From Saccostrea cucullata (taxonomy: Eukaryota): a DNA stretch of 64,000 nt. Position numbers and translations under genes: made by a program. The notes under the pieces are model-generated. The model was not told the origin of the DNA. It was given only the letters and a program-made list of their open reading frames with translations, and did not search any database. The stretch's first letter is position 1. The number at the start of each line of letters is the position of its first letter. The DNA is taken from assembly GCF_032062105.1 (NCBI RefSeq), contig NW_026918862.1, positions 62,001 to 126,000 on the forward strand. Direction: 5' to 3'. This document shows positions 26,201-40,500 of the stretch, piece by piece.

Positions 26201-28371
26201 GTGTTATTATGGAGGATATGAAATTGTGTATAGTTTGGAACAATGGTGAGAATGTCAACTAAAATAGTAAAAATTAAGCTAATTAGAAGTTTCTCACGGC
26301 ACAGATGTGGGCAATATGTTAATTGTCTTATTGTTATCAACAACAATTTTAAGTCCTTTATGTTGTTAATTTTGTAATTAAGTGGATCTGAATGTAATCC
26401 CATTACATAGCCCCGAGACAGTTACGATCCCACTGAAAGTCCAAAGTAAGGGTAAAACCATCGTATTTTTTGCTTGGGATGGAAAGGGTACGTTACTTTA
26501 AATCATGACTCACATGTTGTATGGAGTTTAAATTTGTACTATATGAATGTTTTGAATATCTGAATTAAGCTTGAGGTTATTGTTAAACTGTGCTGAGATG
26601 TTGTTGTTTGGTATTTTATCAGGCTTTGCATTTAAGTGAGCTTTTAAATTTTTTTAATGATACTTCTTCATTTTTTTTTTAGTTTTTTTTAAATACATGG
26701 TATATGCATTTTTTCATGTGAATACACCTCTGCATATTTAATTTTTTTGCACATTTAACGTTTTTAGTTTGGGTGTAAAGTGTTTTTATGACTGTGCTTG
26801 AAGGGAATATCTGCATTTCATATTTAGGAAAGTCTCTAAATTGTAACTTAAATGGTTGTTTTCTTTGTGCTTGTCTCAGTATGAGAATTATATAAGCTGT
26901 ATGGGATGTGGGTAATTTGAATCTCAGTTTGTATGTTAATTTACATGGATTGTTTGACATTCAATATTTTTCTTTTTATATATGCACGTACAATTGAAAT
27001 TTAATTAACTTTGGAATTCGTAAAAGCCTTGACCTCTAACAGATGACTTGGTCTTGTGATCCATAATAAATATATATTAATGTTTATGAATTGTCATCTA
27101 TGGCATTAATTTATTTCTTTGTTTTAACTTTAATTATGGCTAATCGTTTTTTAGGTTCATGTGTGTGTTTTATTTATACATATAAAGTCATTGTATTGTA
27201 TGTGTCTGGTTCACGTTATTAAAAATAAAATAGCTTCAGCAAGAGTTATTTCCCTTATCATATGTCATTGTTAAACAGTTGTTTGTGACTGGGTTTTGTT
27301 TGGATTATCAAATTTTAGTGCAAAAATTTATGGTGAAAACATTGTGAATGTGTAAAAATGAACATCGTAGTTATATATCATCAGCTGAGTTTATGTGTTC
27401 TCTAATCTTAGCAGCGCCATCTTGTGGAAAATCTCTTCCGTTCTACTTGTATTGGGTGGTATCGATATCTAACGTTATGCTTAATCACGGAAATTTTCTG
27501 TTTATTTAAAAGTAAGGCTCAATGTCAAAATAATTAGTCATGTTCTGGGAATCACATTTTCAAAAGCGATAATAAAGATGACGTGGAGTGCATTTACTAA
27601 CCTAAGTTCAAGCTAACTGATGTTTACAAATCAACTTTGGTACGTCACTACGTGGATACAATATTCATAGTTTTTCAAACCCGATGTGAAAGCGTTAAAT
27701 GTTATCTTTCACAGAAACAAACAATATATCTGTATTAAATAATTTTATTTCAATATTTGGTATGCTTTCATAATTGTAGAACAGGTGTGTTGTGTTCAGA
27801 ATTATACCTGAATACACGCCATTGTGTGGACTTTCATGTTGAAGTAGGTTAGGTAACATTGTTTGTAATTTGTTGTTCAATAACTTTTTCATTTTCATAT
27901 TTGATGTGGTTCTTATGAATGGGTAAATTAATTTGGATCGTTTTGCTTGAAAGTTGTGTTTAAAATTTAAATAAAATCATGTTTTATAATTATTCTAATT
28001 TGTTGTATTTGGTTTTAAAGTTTCATTTGACTTAATTTGTACCTATTTATGGTAGTTTGTTCCTAAACATAAACTTAAATGTAGAAATTTTAATAATGGG
28101 AAGTCTTTTAACTGGTTAGCTGTAAATTTTATCGTTTTTTCCTTGAAGAATGCTTGTAAATTTCTTTAAGTAAATTGCAAATGTTTTGTTTTTTGTCTTA
28201 ATAAATTCTGCTGATAATAACGAATCCAGAAATATATACTTTTTGCATATTTTACGTTTTGTATGTAGTTTTATTGCTGAAAAACTCGTTCTTCGAAAGC
28301 ACAAACGCGGATCAAACTCCATTTTTGAGGCTTTCATAATAGGGTGTTTTCAGCGAGGTCCGCGCTTATTC

Positions 28372-28443
28372 TATATAAGGAGACGCCTCTCGTACTCGGG
28401 TTAGTTCCCGTTAACCAATACTGCAGAGCGAAGCTGATAGAAG
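28372..28443 (+). promoter_or_regulatory. TATA box, initiator and non-coding first exon of the OB-fold gene
   Basis: TATATAAG at 28372; TTAGT Inr-like motif at 28401-28405 (A is 31 nt from TATA); donor AAG|GTAAGG at 28444; acceptor CAG at 28591-28593 just before aaaacATGGCG. Confidence 0.55.
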
Positions 28444-28598
28444 GTAAGGGTTTTCTTTGGGATGTAATAATATGGTTAATATAAGTAAAGGCCTTAAAAT
28501 GAACTGGATTTTTTTACTTTGTCTATGACATTGAATAAGGATTTAATCGTTATGTTTAGATTAACTGTATTCGTGTGATAACCGTTGGTGCAGAAAAC

Positions 28599-31500
28599 AT
28601 GGCGTCGCCGTTAAAGAAACTGAAGAGCGATGATGTAAGTACTTTTGTTGCTTTTCCTTTTTCATTTTTAATTAGTTTTTTTACACGACACTGAAGGATT
28701 ATATTTGATCAGCGGCATTATTCTCCCCCCCCCCCCCCAAAAAAAAAAAATAGCGGGGGGGGGGGGGGGGGCCTTTGTTTCTGACAAAGCAAAACAAAAC
28801 CAAAAACTCTGTAGGCATTTCTGGTTTATTGGATTAGTAATGGAAAATTTAATAGGTTTATTAGGAACAAAGTCTGCATTAATGTTTTTTCAATTTTTTA
28901 TTAATTTATTGTGCTTTTTGCATAAGGGTTTTTTTTTACCTTAACTTTTTTTGATTTATTATTACAATATATGGGTTTGGTTTTGGTTTTATTGGGAAAT
29001 TGTCTAAAATCTCATGAAACTTGTCAGATAGCTAAGCTTTGGATTTGAGACCTTTATTTAATTTGTTATACTATTAAAACAATAGTAAACTTTGTTTTGG
29101 ACATTAAATTAAGGTTTAATTATTTGGTGGTTACAAGATCAACAGTGAGCATTTCTGATCGACAGTGAGCATTTCTGATCAAATTAGTCCATCTTTTGTC
29201 ATTGTTGGTGTCTTTTGAATATTAATTTATGAAGGTATATTCAAGTGTTTGAATTTAATTTAAGGAAGATAATTTGGACTAGTTAAGGTGATGTAATATG
29301 TGTAATATTTGTGATGTTAGTAATGATACTTGGTATAACAGATAATTTATTTCTTAGGGGTGGGGACACTTTATGAGGTCAAAGTTTAAACTTTGACTTA
29401 AATTTGTAAATTATTTTTCTAGAGAGAAATCATAATTTGCCTGTAATCTTGTTAAATTAATTTGAGAAATTAAAGCAGTTTAAAGCTAAAGCCCATACTA
29501 GTCATATATTATAGTTGTAAATGTTGTAAATTATAAGTAACAATTTTAAACTGAAATGTAAAACTATATGAGATGGGTTGTGAAAGTCTTTGGAAAACTT
29601 GATTTGAAATATTTTCTTCAGCATATTATTAACTTACTATAAATTAAATGTAATATTATCTGGCTATTATTGAATTTTTATACACTAAATATTTGCATAA
29701 GAAAGGGCATAATGATTGTGGAAATACTCCGGAAATAGTGATTTACTGAAATTTAAAGTTAAAAATAGTAATCAATACTTTATATATATATATATTTTTA
29801 AAATGATTTTTGAGGCCAAAATTCTTTGTTTGTAGTTACCGATCTATAATTTTCAGGTTGGGTTGGTAGGTAGTTTTTTTTTTAGAAAAAAATTGAGATA
29901 TTTGTTAGATAACAAATAAAAGAGGTTTTGATACACTTACCAGAGATGTATAAGCTGACCACTTTTTATAAACCACAGATTGATAAAAAACGTTTCAAAA
30001 TTTGAAAATTTTAGCATGTTTAGAATTTGAATATTCTGAAATATTGAAATGAAAAAAAAATTATAATTATACCTAATGGCTGAAAAAAGTTTGGGTCGGG
30101 TGCATTTTATTGGGTCGGTAGGCAAATGCAAACATACTTAATTTTATTTTTGGCCTGAGAATAATGTTAAAATTAAGCCATATGATGTAAGTACTATTTG
30201 AGAATTATAAAATGCAGCTGTGTAAGTAATTTACAATAAGAATGAAAATGGTTAGATTTTCAGGGCTTTAGTATATGATTTGCTAAATTGTGCTGGCATT
30301 TTTTTTCCAGCAGGTACACTACTATGTTATTAATTGTTCATGAACTTTAATTTAATAATTTAATATTTGTGTAATTAGTTATATTATTTAGAAATGGTAT
30401 TTAGCTACAAATATATATTAAAAATATCAATTGAAAGTGGGCAATATATAATTATATATTTAAGGTGTTCAATATTCAGCGTAAGCTATATTTTGACTTT
30501 AAAAGTTAAACCTGATATCCCAGCTATGGAATTTTAGTCTTATAATAATGGAATGTGGAACTAAGAATATATGGCCAGAGAAAGATTATTAATAGTTTCT
30601 CAGGTACCGACGCATCAGTTAAAAAACAACCACATTGATCAATTTTATTGACACATTGGAAAGGGAAATAACTCGATTTTTTATTTTTTCTTGTTGGGAA
30701 AATTTCCCCTCTTCATAAATGTTTAAATTGAATTTTTTTGTTAATAGAAAAACCAATAGATTTCTTCTATATTTTCTGTATATTATGAATTAACTTTAAA
30801 ATAAATGTTTGGATTAACTTTAATTAAATTTGAATACATTTTACCCCAGAATAATTACCATTTTCAAAGAAATAAAATTAAGAATTGGTAAATATTATCT
30901 TTTTATTGAACAAATGGTTTTTAAATGGTGCTAAACCTGCTTTGAAAAGAGCCTGCCTGCAGCTTTAAGTTTTTTTGTTTTTGTTTTTTTTCGCCTGAGA
31001 AACTATTGATTATTTTTTTTGGTTTTTAAAAACTTAATTAAGGATCATCCGTTTTACCGGCTCCGCTTATGCGTCGCCAGTTAAAATCAGTTTGCAAGTG
31101 TTAAATTGGCATTAATGGTTGCATATACCAAATTAAAGATAGTTATTCCTTAAATCAAAGAGTGTTTTACAAAATAATTGCATTAGAATTTTGAATTGAA
31201 ACCCTGTCAAAATATGGCTGAATTTATTGTCAACTTGGCATGAAACAATAATAATCCATGAAATACAGTTAAACAACAAAATTGTAAGTGATCAATAATT
31301 AATATGTAATATTTTTTAATGTCTGTATTCTAGTTAAAAACATTAAGAAAATTTAATAAAAACACTACCTAAAATTCTTAGCTATATGAATAATTTATCT
31401 AAACATTTCTAGTATTTTTATAATTAATCAGCAATATAGCCCAAATTCAAAAAACTAGCAAAATAAATCAAGTCAAATTTTTTAGTGAAAATTGACTATT

Positions 31501-34500
31501 AGTATTATCTTATCAAAACTTACCACGGTTACATTCCTATAAAGTTCAATAAATATATTCCAAATGTTCCTCAAAAATCCTTTTAACTGGTTCTTCTTAA
31601 GATGAAACTAACAAGTCATTAGTTAATTTTATTTCTTCCAAGCCATACAATTCCTTACCCCTAAAACACGACTTCTCTAATCAACTTATCAAATCAACAT
31701 ACCAGAAAGCACATATATCTCGAAACATTTTTATTAAGTCTAAGTAGAAGATTAAGTATATAAGTAAAATTTTATCTGAAAACTACATACATGGCGACTT
31801 TTCTGAATGGAAGTAGTTTCCAAATAAACTCTAGATTAAAATAAGTTAAGTAATCTCCATGCATGTAACACAACAAATAACACATTTAACTCCAAAAATC
31901 TTTTACGATCGGGCTCGATGTACACCTTTTACGACCGCCAAGTTTGCTAACATTTCACAAGTTTACAAGGCTATATACCTGCAATAGTCTACTTAAAACA
32001 ACTTAAACTGCAAGAAAACAGGATTCTGTCCATAAATCTATGGTTAATCTACTACGGAAGACCAATCAAAATCCCTGGCACTCGAAGTAAGCTCAAACAG
32101 TTTCACAACTTAACTACTGCTATAATCAGCTGATTTCAATATGTACACGTTACAAACTATTTCAACTCATGTAAATCTGTTAAACTTGTCAATTATCACC
32201 TTTCAACAACATGTAAAGCATAAATTAATACATATTCTTGCATTGTCAATTAACTAAAACACAAAAGAAAAATCATCTCAACCTCGTACAATGTCAACAA
32301 TAATCATGTTCAATAACTGTATAAAACTAATCTGTCAGGCTGTCAATTCACTAAGCTGTTACAAAATATCGATCATCATTCATTCAAAGCCACATATATT
32401 TATTATTTACCACTTGTTAAAATGGCTACAACATTATTTCAATAAATCTTAAGCTTAGTGACTAGCACAGGCTAGACCCTCTGTATAGGTTAATAGCACT
32501 TAACTCATTGATAGTTATAATTAATAGTCCAACAATACAAGTAAATGGCAGCCATATGCAGAAAATTCAATTTTTGTAGGCAGTTGTAAGCTAGGTTCTT
32601 GTTTATTACATTTATTAGGACATTGAAATCAACATTAAAATTTTCTCTTGAACCTAATCAAATTACGCCAGAAAACCACTTTGATCTGCAAACGAAACTG
32701 TCTGGGGAATCTATCTTGTCCTCAGTCCTATACATGTACAGATATGTGACATAACTGCAAAGAAACTGGTAAGGGATTAAAGACTTCTAAGGAAAACTGC
32801 TTATTCCCAACACCCCAGCAGTAACTAGAGAGCAATAAATACCTAACTCCTGGAAACTGTTTGAAAACTTCTAAAAAATTTTAAACTGCTAAAGAATTGC
32901 TTAATAACTGCCCATATATACAGCGGCGGATCATAATATTATAAACAAAATGGCGTCGTCGCGTTATTAGCAACATACGGATCCGGTATATAAAAAAACG
33001 ATTTCTCCATTATAACAGATTTGTATAAATGAAACTTACCTAATATTTTGTGGCATACCCCTTTGATCTTATAATCTTGATCATTCGTTGTGGAAGTGAT
33101 CTGTAAAGGTTCCGTATATAATGAATGGGGATGGTGGTCCATATTCTCCGAATTTCTTGTTCTAGATCCGCTGCGTTGGTAATTCTGTTTGCACATTTTC
33201 TAAGCTGATTTTTCAACAAAAGCCAACAGTTTTCAATTATGTTAGCATCCGGAGATTGGGCAGGCCACAGCATTCCTCGAATATTATTTTCAGTTTTGTA
33301 ATTTAGCACAATCCTTGCGCGATGTACTGGCGCATTGTCATCTTGAAAAATAAAGTCATTCTGTGGAAAATGCTGGGCAACAACTGGCCACAGTTCATTA
33401 TCAATTATTTCCCTGTACTTTTCAGCTTTGATATTGCCATTGACAACTGTCAAAGTACCTGGTCCATTCCAGCAGATACATCCCCATATCATTAGACTAA
33501 CCTTTGCGCCACGACTGGGGCTAATGCATTGCGGCATCCACTCCTCTCCGGGTCTCCGCCACACATATACGCGATTATTTTCTCCAATAATCACCTTACA
33601 TTCATCAGAAAAAATAACACGATTCCAGTCACCATCAACTTTCCAATGCCTTTTCCCCCTAGCCCACTCAACTCGTTTCTTTATGTTTACATCTCGGATT
33701 CGTATGTTTTTTCTTACAACTCGTCTATGGTATTTATTTTGGAACAAACATCTTTTTACAGTTACTTCTGAAACAGTATCCCCCCTAAACTTTTTGAATC
33801 TGGCAGTGATATCTTTCAGAGGTTCGACACGATGTGTTTTTACCAACCTTAAAATTGACCGTTCGTCCTGCACACTAAGTTTTTTCTTTCTTCCCTTTCT
33901 AGGATTATTCTCCACCGAACCCCGCTCCTGATATCGCTTTATCACAGCACAAACTGTACATGGGTTTGATCCCAGGCACTTTGCAATTTTTCATTGTTTT
34001 ATTCCACTCTGAAAACTATTTACGATCCTTTGTTTTAAGCTTGGTGATAAATCTTTCGCCTTTCCCATTCTCTGTTTACATACAGAATGACGTAATTTAT
34101 TGCATCACAATCATGATACGTCATATCTTATTATAACATAATACGTCTTTTAACCCAGTCATGTGCCCTTTTTATTGAAACATGCATACTGAGAGGAGCT
34201 ACAGATAAATAAGAGTGATCGTTTTTTTAACCGCAATTGGAACGCCATTTTGTTTATAATATTATGATCCGCCGCTGTATATCCATGTTGTCCCATTCAG
34301 AGAACATAACAGACGCTGATGACTTTGTTGCACAATGACATGTTGGTGTGATAATTATGAATTCTTATTTGATATATAGTATCTCTTATATGTCTGTATG
34401 TTTTTTCATCCCACTGGTTTGAATGTGCAGGTGATAGCTGATCAAAGTTGGAGACATTATATTAAATGTTTAGGCCAAAGTTTTTTTATGTCTTGGTTTA

Positions 34501-37500
34501 CAATTTCGCCAACCCTTATTTTCCCTATTTACAGAAATAAGAAACTGGATTCTTATATCCAAACGACAGTTTTATAATTTACATCACAAATTGTTTCTGT
34601 GCTAATGACCAATGCATCAAATACTTTGTCGGAACTCCTCTAGATTTTTATCTGGTTGTGAAAAAGTGCATTATAAGAAGTTACACACAAGACGCAGAAC
34701 AGCTGGGTGGCTATCGATGTTGGGGAAGATTATAGATCTTTTTACTGTCAAATAATTAATTCATGTTGCAGTGTGCGCAAAAACTTTTTTTAGCACTAGC
34801 TCAATCGGGCTAGTAATTAAGAACAATTACTAGCCGGAATCAGATTTGTTGTCTCGCTTAAACCAGTCGTAATTCATAGATAGTCATAATGCAGCCATAA
34901 CCGGAAGTATTTTTTAAACCCAAATTGTACAGAGAAGACCGATTGCGGAAAGTTCTTGACACGCTTAAACAAAAGAAACCCACGCACATGTAAAAAGAAA
35001 GGAAACAATAAGAATTCTTATACTTATTTTATTACTTTAAAAGATTTACTAACAAATAAAGGTAAAATGCATGCAACTTTTCACTAGACCGATTGGGCTA
35101 GTGCTGACTTACATTCAACTAGCCCGATCGAATTTTTACTAGTGTTCGGCCATCGGGCTAGTCCTTTTGGCGCACACTGATGTTGTGAATGCATACATAT
35201 TTTTACTGTTAAATTGTGAAATTATTAACTTCTTAAGATCACACATTGGATCCGATAAACATATGTGTAAAATAATCGGTATGCGTGAAAACTTTTATAA
35301 GAAAATGAATTTTATATTTAAAACAAAACTTGAAGAGAAATTAACAAAATCATGACTTTGCCAAAAGTCTGGAAATCTAATGAGAAGAGAAATTTTAGAA
35401 GTTTAAGGTTGTGCTACTATATATGGGTCATTTTCAAAAAATGTCTATTTTTTTAATTACATATTTTGAAAAATGAAAGTGGTTTTACTATGATTTTTTC
35501 AACTTTATTTGAATAATATAGTAATAAACTACTAAAATCCACTGCATTGCATAAAAGAAAATATTTCTTTTAAAAAATATTGACATTTTATCTTAGTCAT
35601 TTAAACTTTAATGTCCTTCCTGTTACTTTCATAAAAAGAGCTGTAAAACTCTATTTCAAAATTTTCATCAAATTATCTTTTGTATACCGTTAATAAATGA
35701 AAAAATTATCACTGAAAGCCAAGATGTTTGACATTCATCTAATATATGAGCGTTTAAAAGCATGTCAAACTACCATATACCAAACAGAAGCAAAATCTAC
35801 GGGTTTTTCTTCATGAAAAGCCTTATTGCGGAATGTTTATATGCTATAGTTGAAAAAAAACATTCTTGTACATTATTTTTGTGATTAGAATAAACAGTTA
35901 CAGAAAGTTATTTAAACAGGTGCTCTGCCAAAGCAATTTAAACTAGGAAAATATACTGGTAACAGTAAGGACTCGGGTAACAGAAAGGACAAAAACAGTA
36001 ACAGGATGGACAAAACAGTGTAACAGGATGGACAATGAAATCTACATTTTAAATAAAAATTGACTTTTTTTAACTTTATTGGTTAGGAAAAGAGAAATAA
36101 ATGTAGAATAAAAAAATGATTTTGTCAAATCTGGCAAATTTGAGACAATAAAAGACATTTATGTCCATCCTGTTACGAAATTTAATTCTAAAGTGCTATT
36201 AAAATATTTATCAGTTCAATTTTTGTTTATTAAAGGTACTCTATGCTGTTGCAAAACTAAGAATTTTTCATAATTTTAAGAAAAACAAATGATGAAACTT
36301 AAATAGGTATATAAATACCAGGGTAATTTGTCCCTCTTGTTACAATTTTTGTCCATTCTGTTACAAGAGTGCATGTTTAAGTTATAATGGCACAATTTGA
36401 AGCACTAACTTATTTCAATATGATTTACGAAGTTTTTTAACATGTGTTATTAAACTTATATTACTTGAAAAATAAAAGTAATTGTTTTTACTGTTAAAAC
36501 TCAAGATATGAAGTCCAGTTTTCCTTACTGTTACCATATTAATGGTAACAGGAATGACAGTAACAGGATGGACATTTCTCATATAAATCACCGGTTATTT
36601 AGTATAACGTACTCTTTTTGCATCATCAAGACATTGAAACAGTTTCTTTGTAACTTAGTAAATCTGATTGTTTTAGCAGAATAAACAATTTAAAGAGTAT
36701 TTGCATATTATGAAGGTAACAGATAGGACATATTTTCATTATACTCTACCAATAAGACAAACTTATCGACCTTTGAACCCTTTCTTTACTCACTTTCAAA
36801 TCATGGCGCTCATAAACTTCAGACAACAGAAAATGATGATATATTGTGTATCATGAAAACAGTTCCTAGGAAAGTGAGATATCTTTTATTTTAACATTTT
36901 CTTTCTGATAACAGGAATGACATAAACTGGTGGGACATGTCACTTCCTGAATGTTAAATGCACGATACTAGTATTTAGTGGGAGGCATAAGTAAAACAAT
37001 CATATTAAATTAATCTGTAAATGAATTCAATTAAAATGAGGTGCAAAATTTGTACATATCTTCACAGGGTAATATTTTCCCTATCATTTAAATAAGCGCG
37101 TTATAAAATTTTTGTTAATGTGACATGGTTTTCCTGTTAAATTTTACTCGGAATGCAGAGAATATTTTTTATAAAACACCTAGGAGATGATCATAAAATT
37201 ACTTATAAGCTATATGACCATGTATATTAACCAACGGGAAAAAAAATTTCACTCTAAAAAATGTTTTCCTATTATTCTGATCAAAAGACAAAAAAGTGGA
37301 CTTTTTTTGAAAATGGCCCATATATCTATGAAAAGAAAAATGTTTGATGAAAAATTAATCTGATATTTAGATACTTTTACATTTTAATTTTAGCATGTTT
37401 AGTACATGTAGTTGAAATTTTATTTGATGTCAATGTTGCTTTATTATTTTTTTCTATAGATATTTATACCTTGTAATTTGAGGAAATTTCTTATAAGATT

Positions 37501-40500
37501 ATTTTCTGTTATTAAATCATTTTAAATATAATGTTTATACAGAAATTTTTTTTGAAAAATTTGTAATTCATAAACAATGAAATATTTTTTTATCGATTAA
37601 TGTGTGCCACATACGCTCCAAGAAGTCTACCTAAATTTCAAAACTTCTCAATTTCTTTGATGGAGAAATTTTTGGTCTTCGTTAATTGTAACCTGGACAC
37701 ACGTATCTTAATTTAAGGTAAAAGTTTGTTGTTAAAGCAGTCAATGACATTCAGAGTTTCCAAAAAGTTTTTCATAAGTGGATGGGTTGACCAGAGAATA
37801 GCAGATTCACTCAATTTTACCCATGTAATGTGTCTATTATGTAAACTCAGACTTTAAATTCATAAGAATCAGAACATTTGTAAAATCTGAATCTGAATAC
37901 CTGAAAATCTAAATCCTGTAAATTATATCTGATAATCTGAATACATTTCAATGCTACTGGAGAAAAAAAATATGTCAAGGTTTCAAATTATTTTATTCGA
38001 CTGCCCAACGCATATTTTGTGCTGTTGTATATCTCTATATACTAAATATAATCAGGCTTACCAAGGGTAAGGCTGGCCTCAAACCCTGAAGGGACAGATG
38101 TGCGTCTATGCTTGTCAGTGTCAGGTAATAGAAAGCCCCTAAAAATAGGAGACCTATAATCAAGTAATCCAACCCCGAACCCGATGTAAATAAGTGTATT
38201 TGTACTACAGTGTCAAAAAATCGTAAACCTAATAAAGTAAAAACTTTGGCCTTAGGTTTTTATTATAGCTTTTAGTCATAGAGCCTCATGCTTTGTTTAG
38301 AAAGGGTCGTTTATGCATCAGATGTAATGTCTATGGGAGAAGTTGAGTCCATTTATGGTAGAAATAAACAATAGGCTACTTTTGTGGAAAAATATTTCAA
38401 TAATTTTAAAGCAAGTATATACAAATAATACAATAGCCTAATTTAAGGAAGTGAAATATTTCAATTATTGAAAAACAAGTATTATAAAAATATATAAAGA
38501 CAATATTTGAAGGGGGAGGAAATAAGCACCTCCTTAAAATTTATCGGTCTTAGAACCCTTGTCAATCATCTGAAATAAGCCTGGGATTGGATACTTTGAT
38601 TTGAATGACATTTTAATAATTGGCTGCTGTTGTGTATATCTTTTGTACCTTGTCTGGAGATTTACCGATCATCGAATTAACTTTCAGGCTTTTGATGCCT
38701 ACTGCACATGCCAAGGTGATAGAGCAGCAATCAAATCGTTGTTTTCTATTTTTTTTTAATTTATAAGAATATGCCATTAATATAGTCAATCTATCAAATA
38801 ATTAAATAAATGACAAGAAAAATCATGGCTAATTAATATATATTATAAATTTGATTTTAAAAGGGTGGATTTTATATCGCGATTACAATCATAATTTTAA
38901 TTTCCGTGTCAAAACATGAGTTACGGTACTTTTAATCCTTCATTAATTAACAAAATAAACTGACCTGCGTTTGAATCTAGTTTCATATTAGTTTAATTTA
39001 TTTTTTTAACAAGTATGACAACATTGTAACATTACTCACGAGTCAAGCGAATTTATATTTATAAGAATAACCTGTACGTATACGTGTCGTTTTTTTTCCG
39101 AGACATGGTGATGAAGTAACGGTATAATAATAAGTTTTAGAAGAGAAATTAAACGGAATTTAACATCTTGCTTTGAATTTAATGTTTGAAATTAATAATG
39201 AGTGTCGAAAAAAAAAAACGATGCAAATGATTTTATTTCACTTTCATAACTGTCAGGGAATCATTACCGCTGTCCATTAGGAACTGACCATTGTTATTTA
39301 CTGAGAGACTGTTCCTCTCGCGTACTGACGCGTAGATGACATGTATTTGAATTACTTCCCTTTTCGTCGCCAGATTACAACGTCAGATTTTGGTGCTGTG
39401 TATTTTTGTTATAACACTTCATTAAAAAACACACTGTATATAAAAAATGTTGAATTATTGAACATATCAATTATTTTATGAAAAGAAAAAAATTGGGAAG
39501 GATTCTGTCTGCAACAAAAAATACTTTATTTTGCATTTTAATTCATGAGCTAAACATGGAAAAAAATGGCCTCAGTTTACAAAGTCATAGGAATTTGCAT
39601 ACTGGTAATACACCCAGGTAATATCCTGTGTGTATTGGTAGTATACACAAGCCAGCGTCGTTCCCTTGGGGCTTCTCATCCGCTTTGATTAAGCTCCATC
39701 CCACACCAAACTTACCTGAGGAAAACCGTAAAGTTAAAAACCTTGTCCTTTAAACGTATGCATGTGTTTTGTCCAACATCACAAGATTTAAATCACTCAA
39801 GGCCCAAACTGGTTGATGTTTAATGATGAAATAAACAATTTGTGGGTTTATTTTTCCATTTGTAATCTAATGTTTCCAGTGGCACTCAGGAAGCTTTTAG
39901 ATTTTAAGTGAGCATAAATAAGTAGCAAAAATTAATGTGGGAAAGTTGATCATGTATCCAGGAAAAATAATTTTTTTTCTTTGTTAATTTCCTCCTTTTA
40001 CTGGATTTTTTCTTTCTGATGTTTGTAAACCTAAATGTAAGACTATACTGTTTCTTTTTGTTCATTTTTTACAGGTATCTGGGATTAATATGTATACAGA
40101 ACATAAATTATTTTATAGTTTGGTGGAATCTGGTTATTTGCTGGAATTAATAATTAGTTTTGTTTTGTAGGGCCCAAAACCCATGACAATGTTTGTGTTG
40201 GAAGATGTTGTAACGAGAAGATACGCCAATGGTGAACAATCATACGGCACGTCGTGGATGGTTTCTAGTGACACTAACTACAAGACACTAAAGCAGGTGA
40301 TCGTGCATGAAAAACATCTAAAGATGCTGAAGAAGATGACTGCTTTTTTAGTTGTTAGATACACTCTGCTGGAGGATGGGACAGTGAAGCTGGGCCAGCA
40401 GACTGTGGTATGTCTTAATTAATATATATAAGTTAAAAGTATAGGAAAGGTATAAATATGATGAAATGTGATTTTACTTATACTTTATAAAATGAGATAT

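Noticed and set aside
32055-32063. CGGAAGACC as the 5' subTIR partner of the 24618 end
   Set aside because: Only 9 bp, without the terminal hairpin and TTAA context seen at 18691 and 19848; may be chance.
31100-32900. Strand-skewed region as a decayed minus-strand gene
   Set aside because: No recognisable motifs in the parts translated by eye; many stops.
33428-33931. 167-aa plus-strand ORF
   Set aside because: Antisense shadow of the Tc1 transposase.
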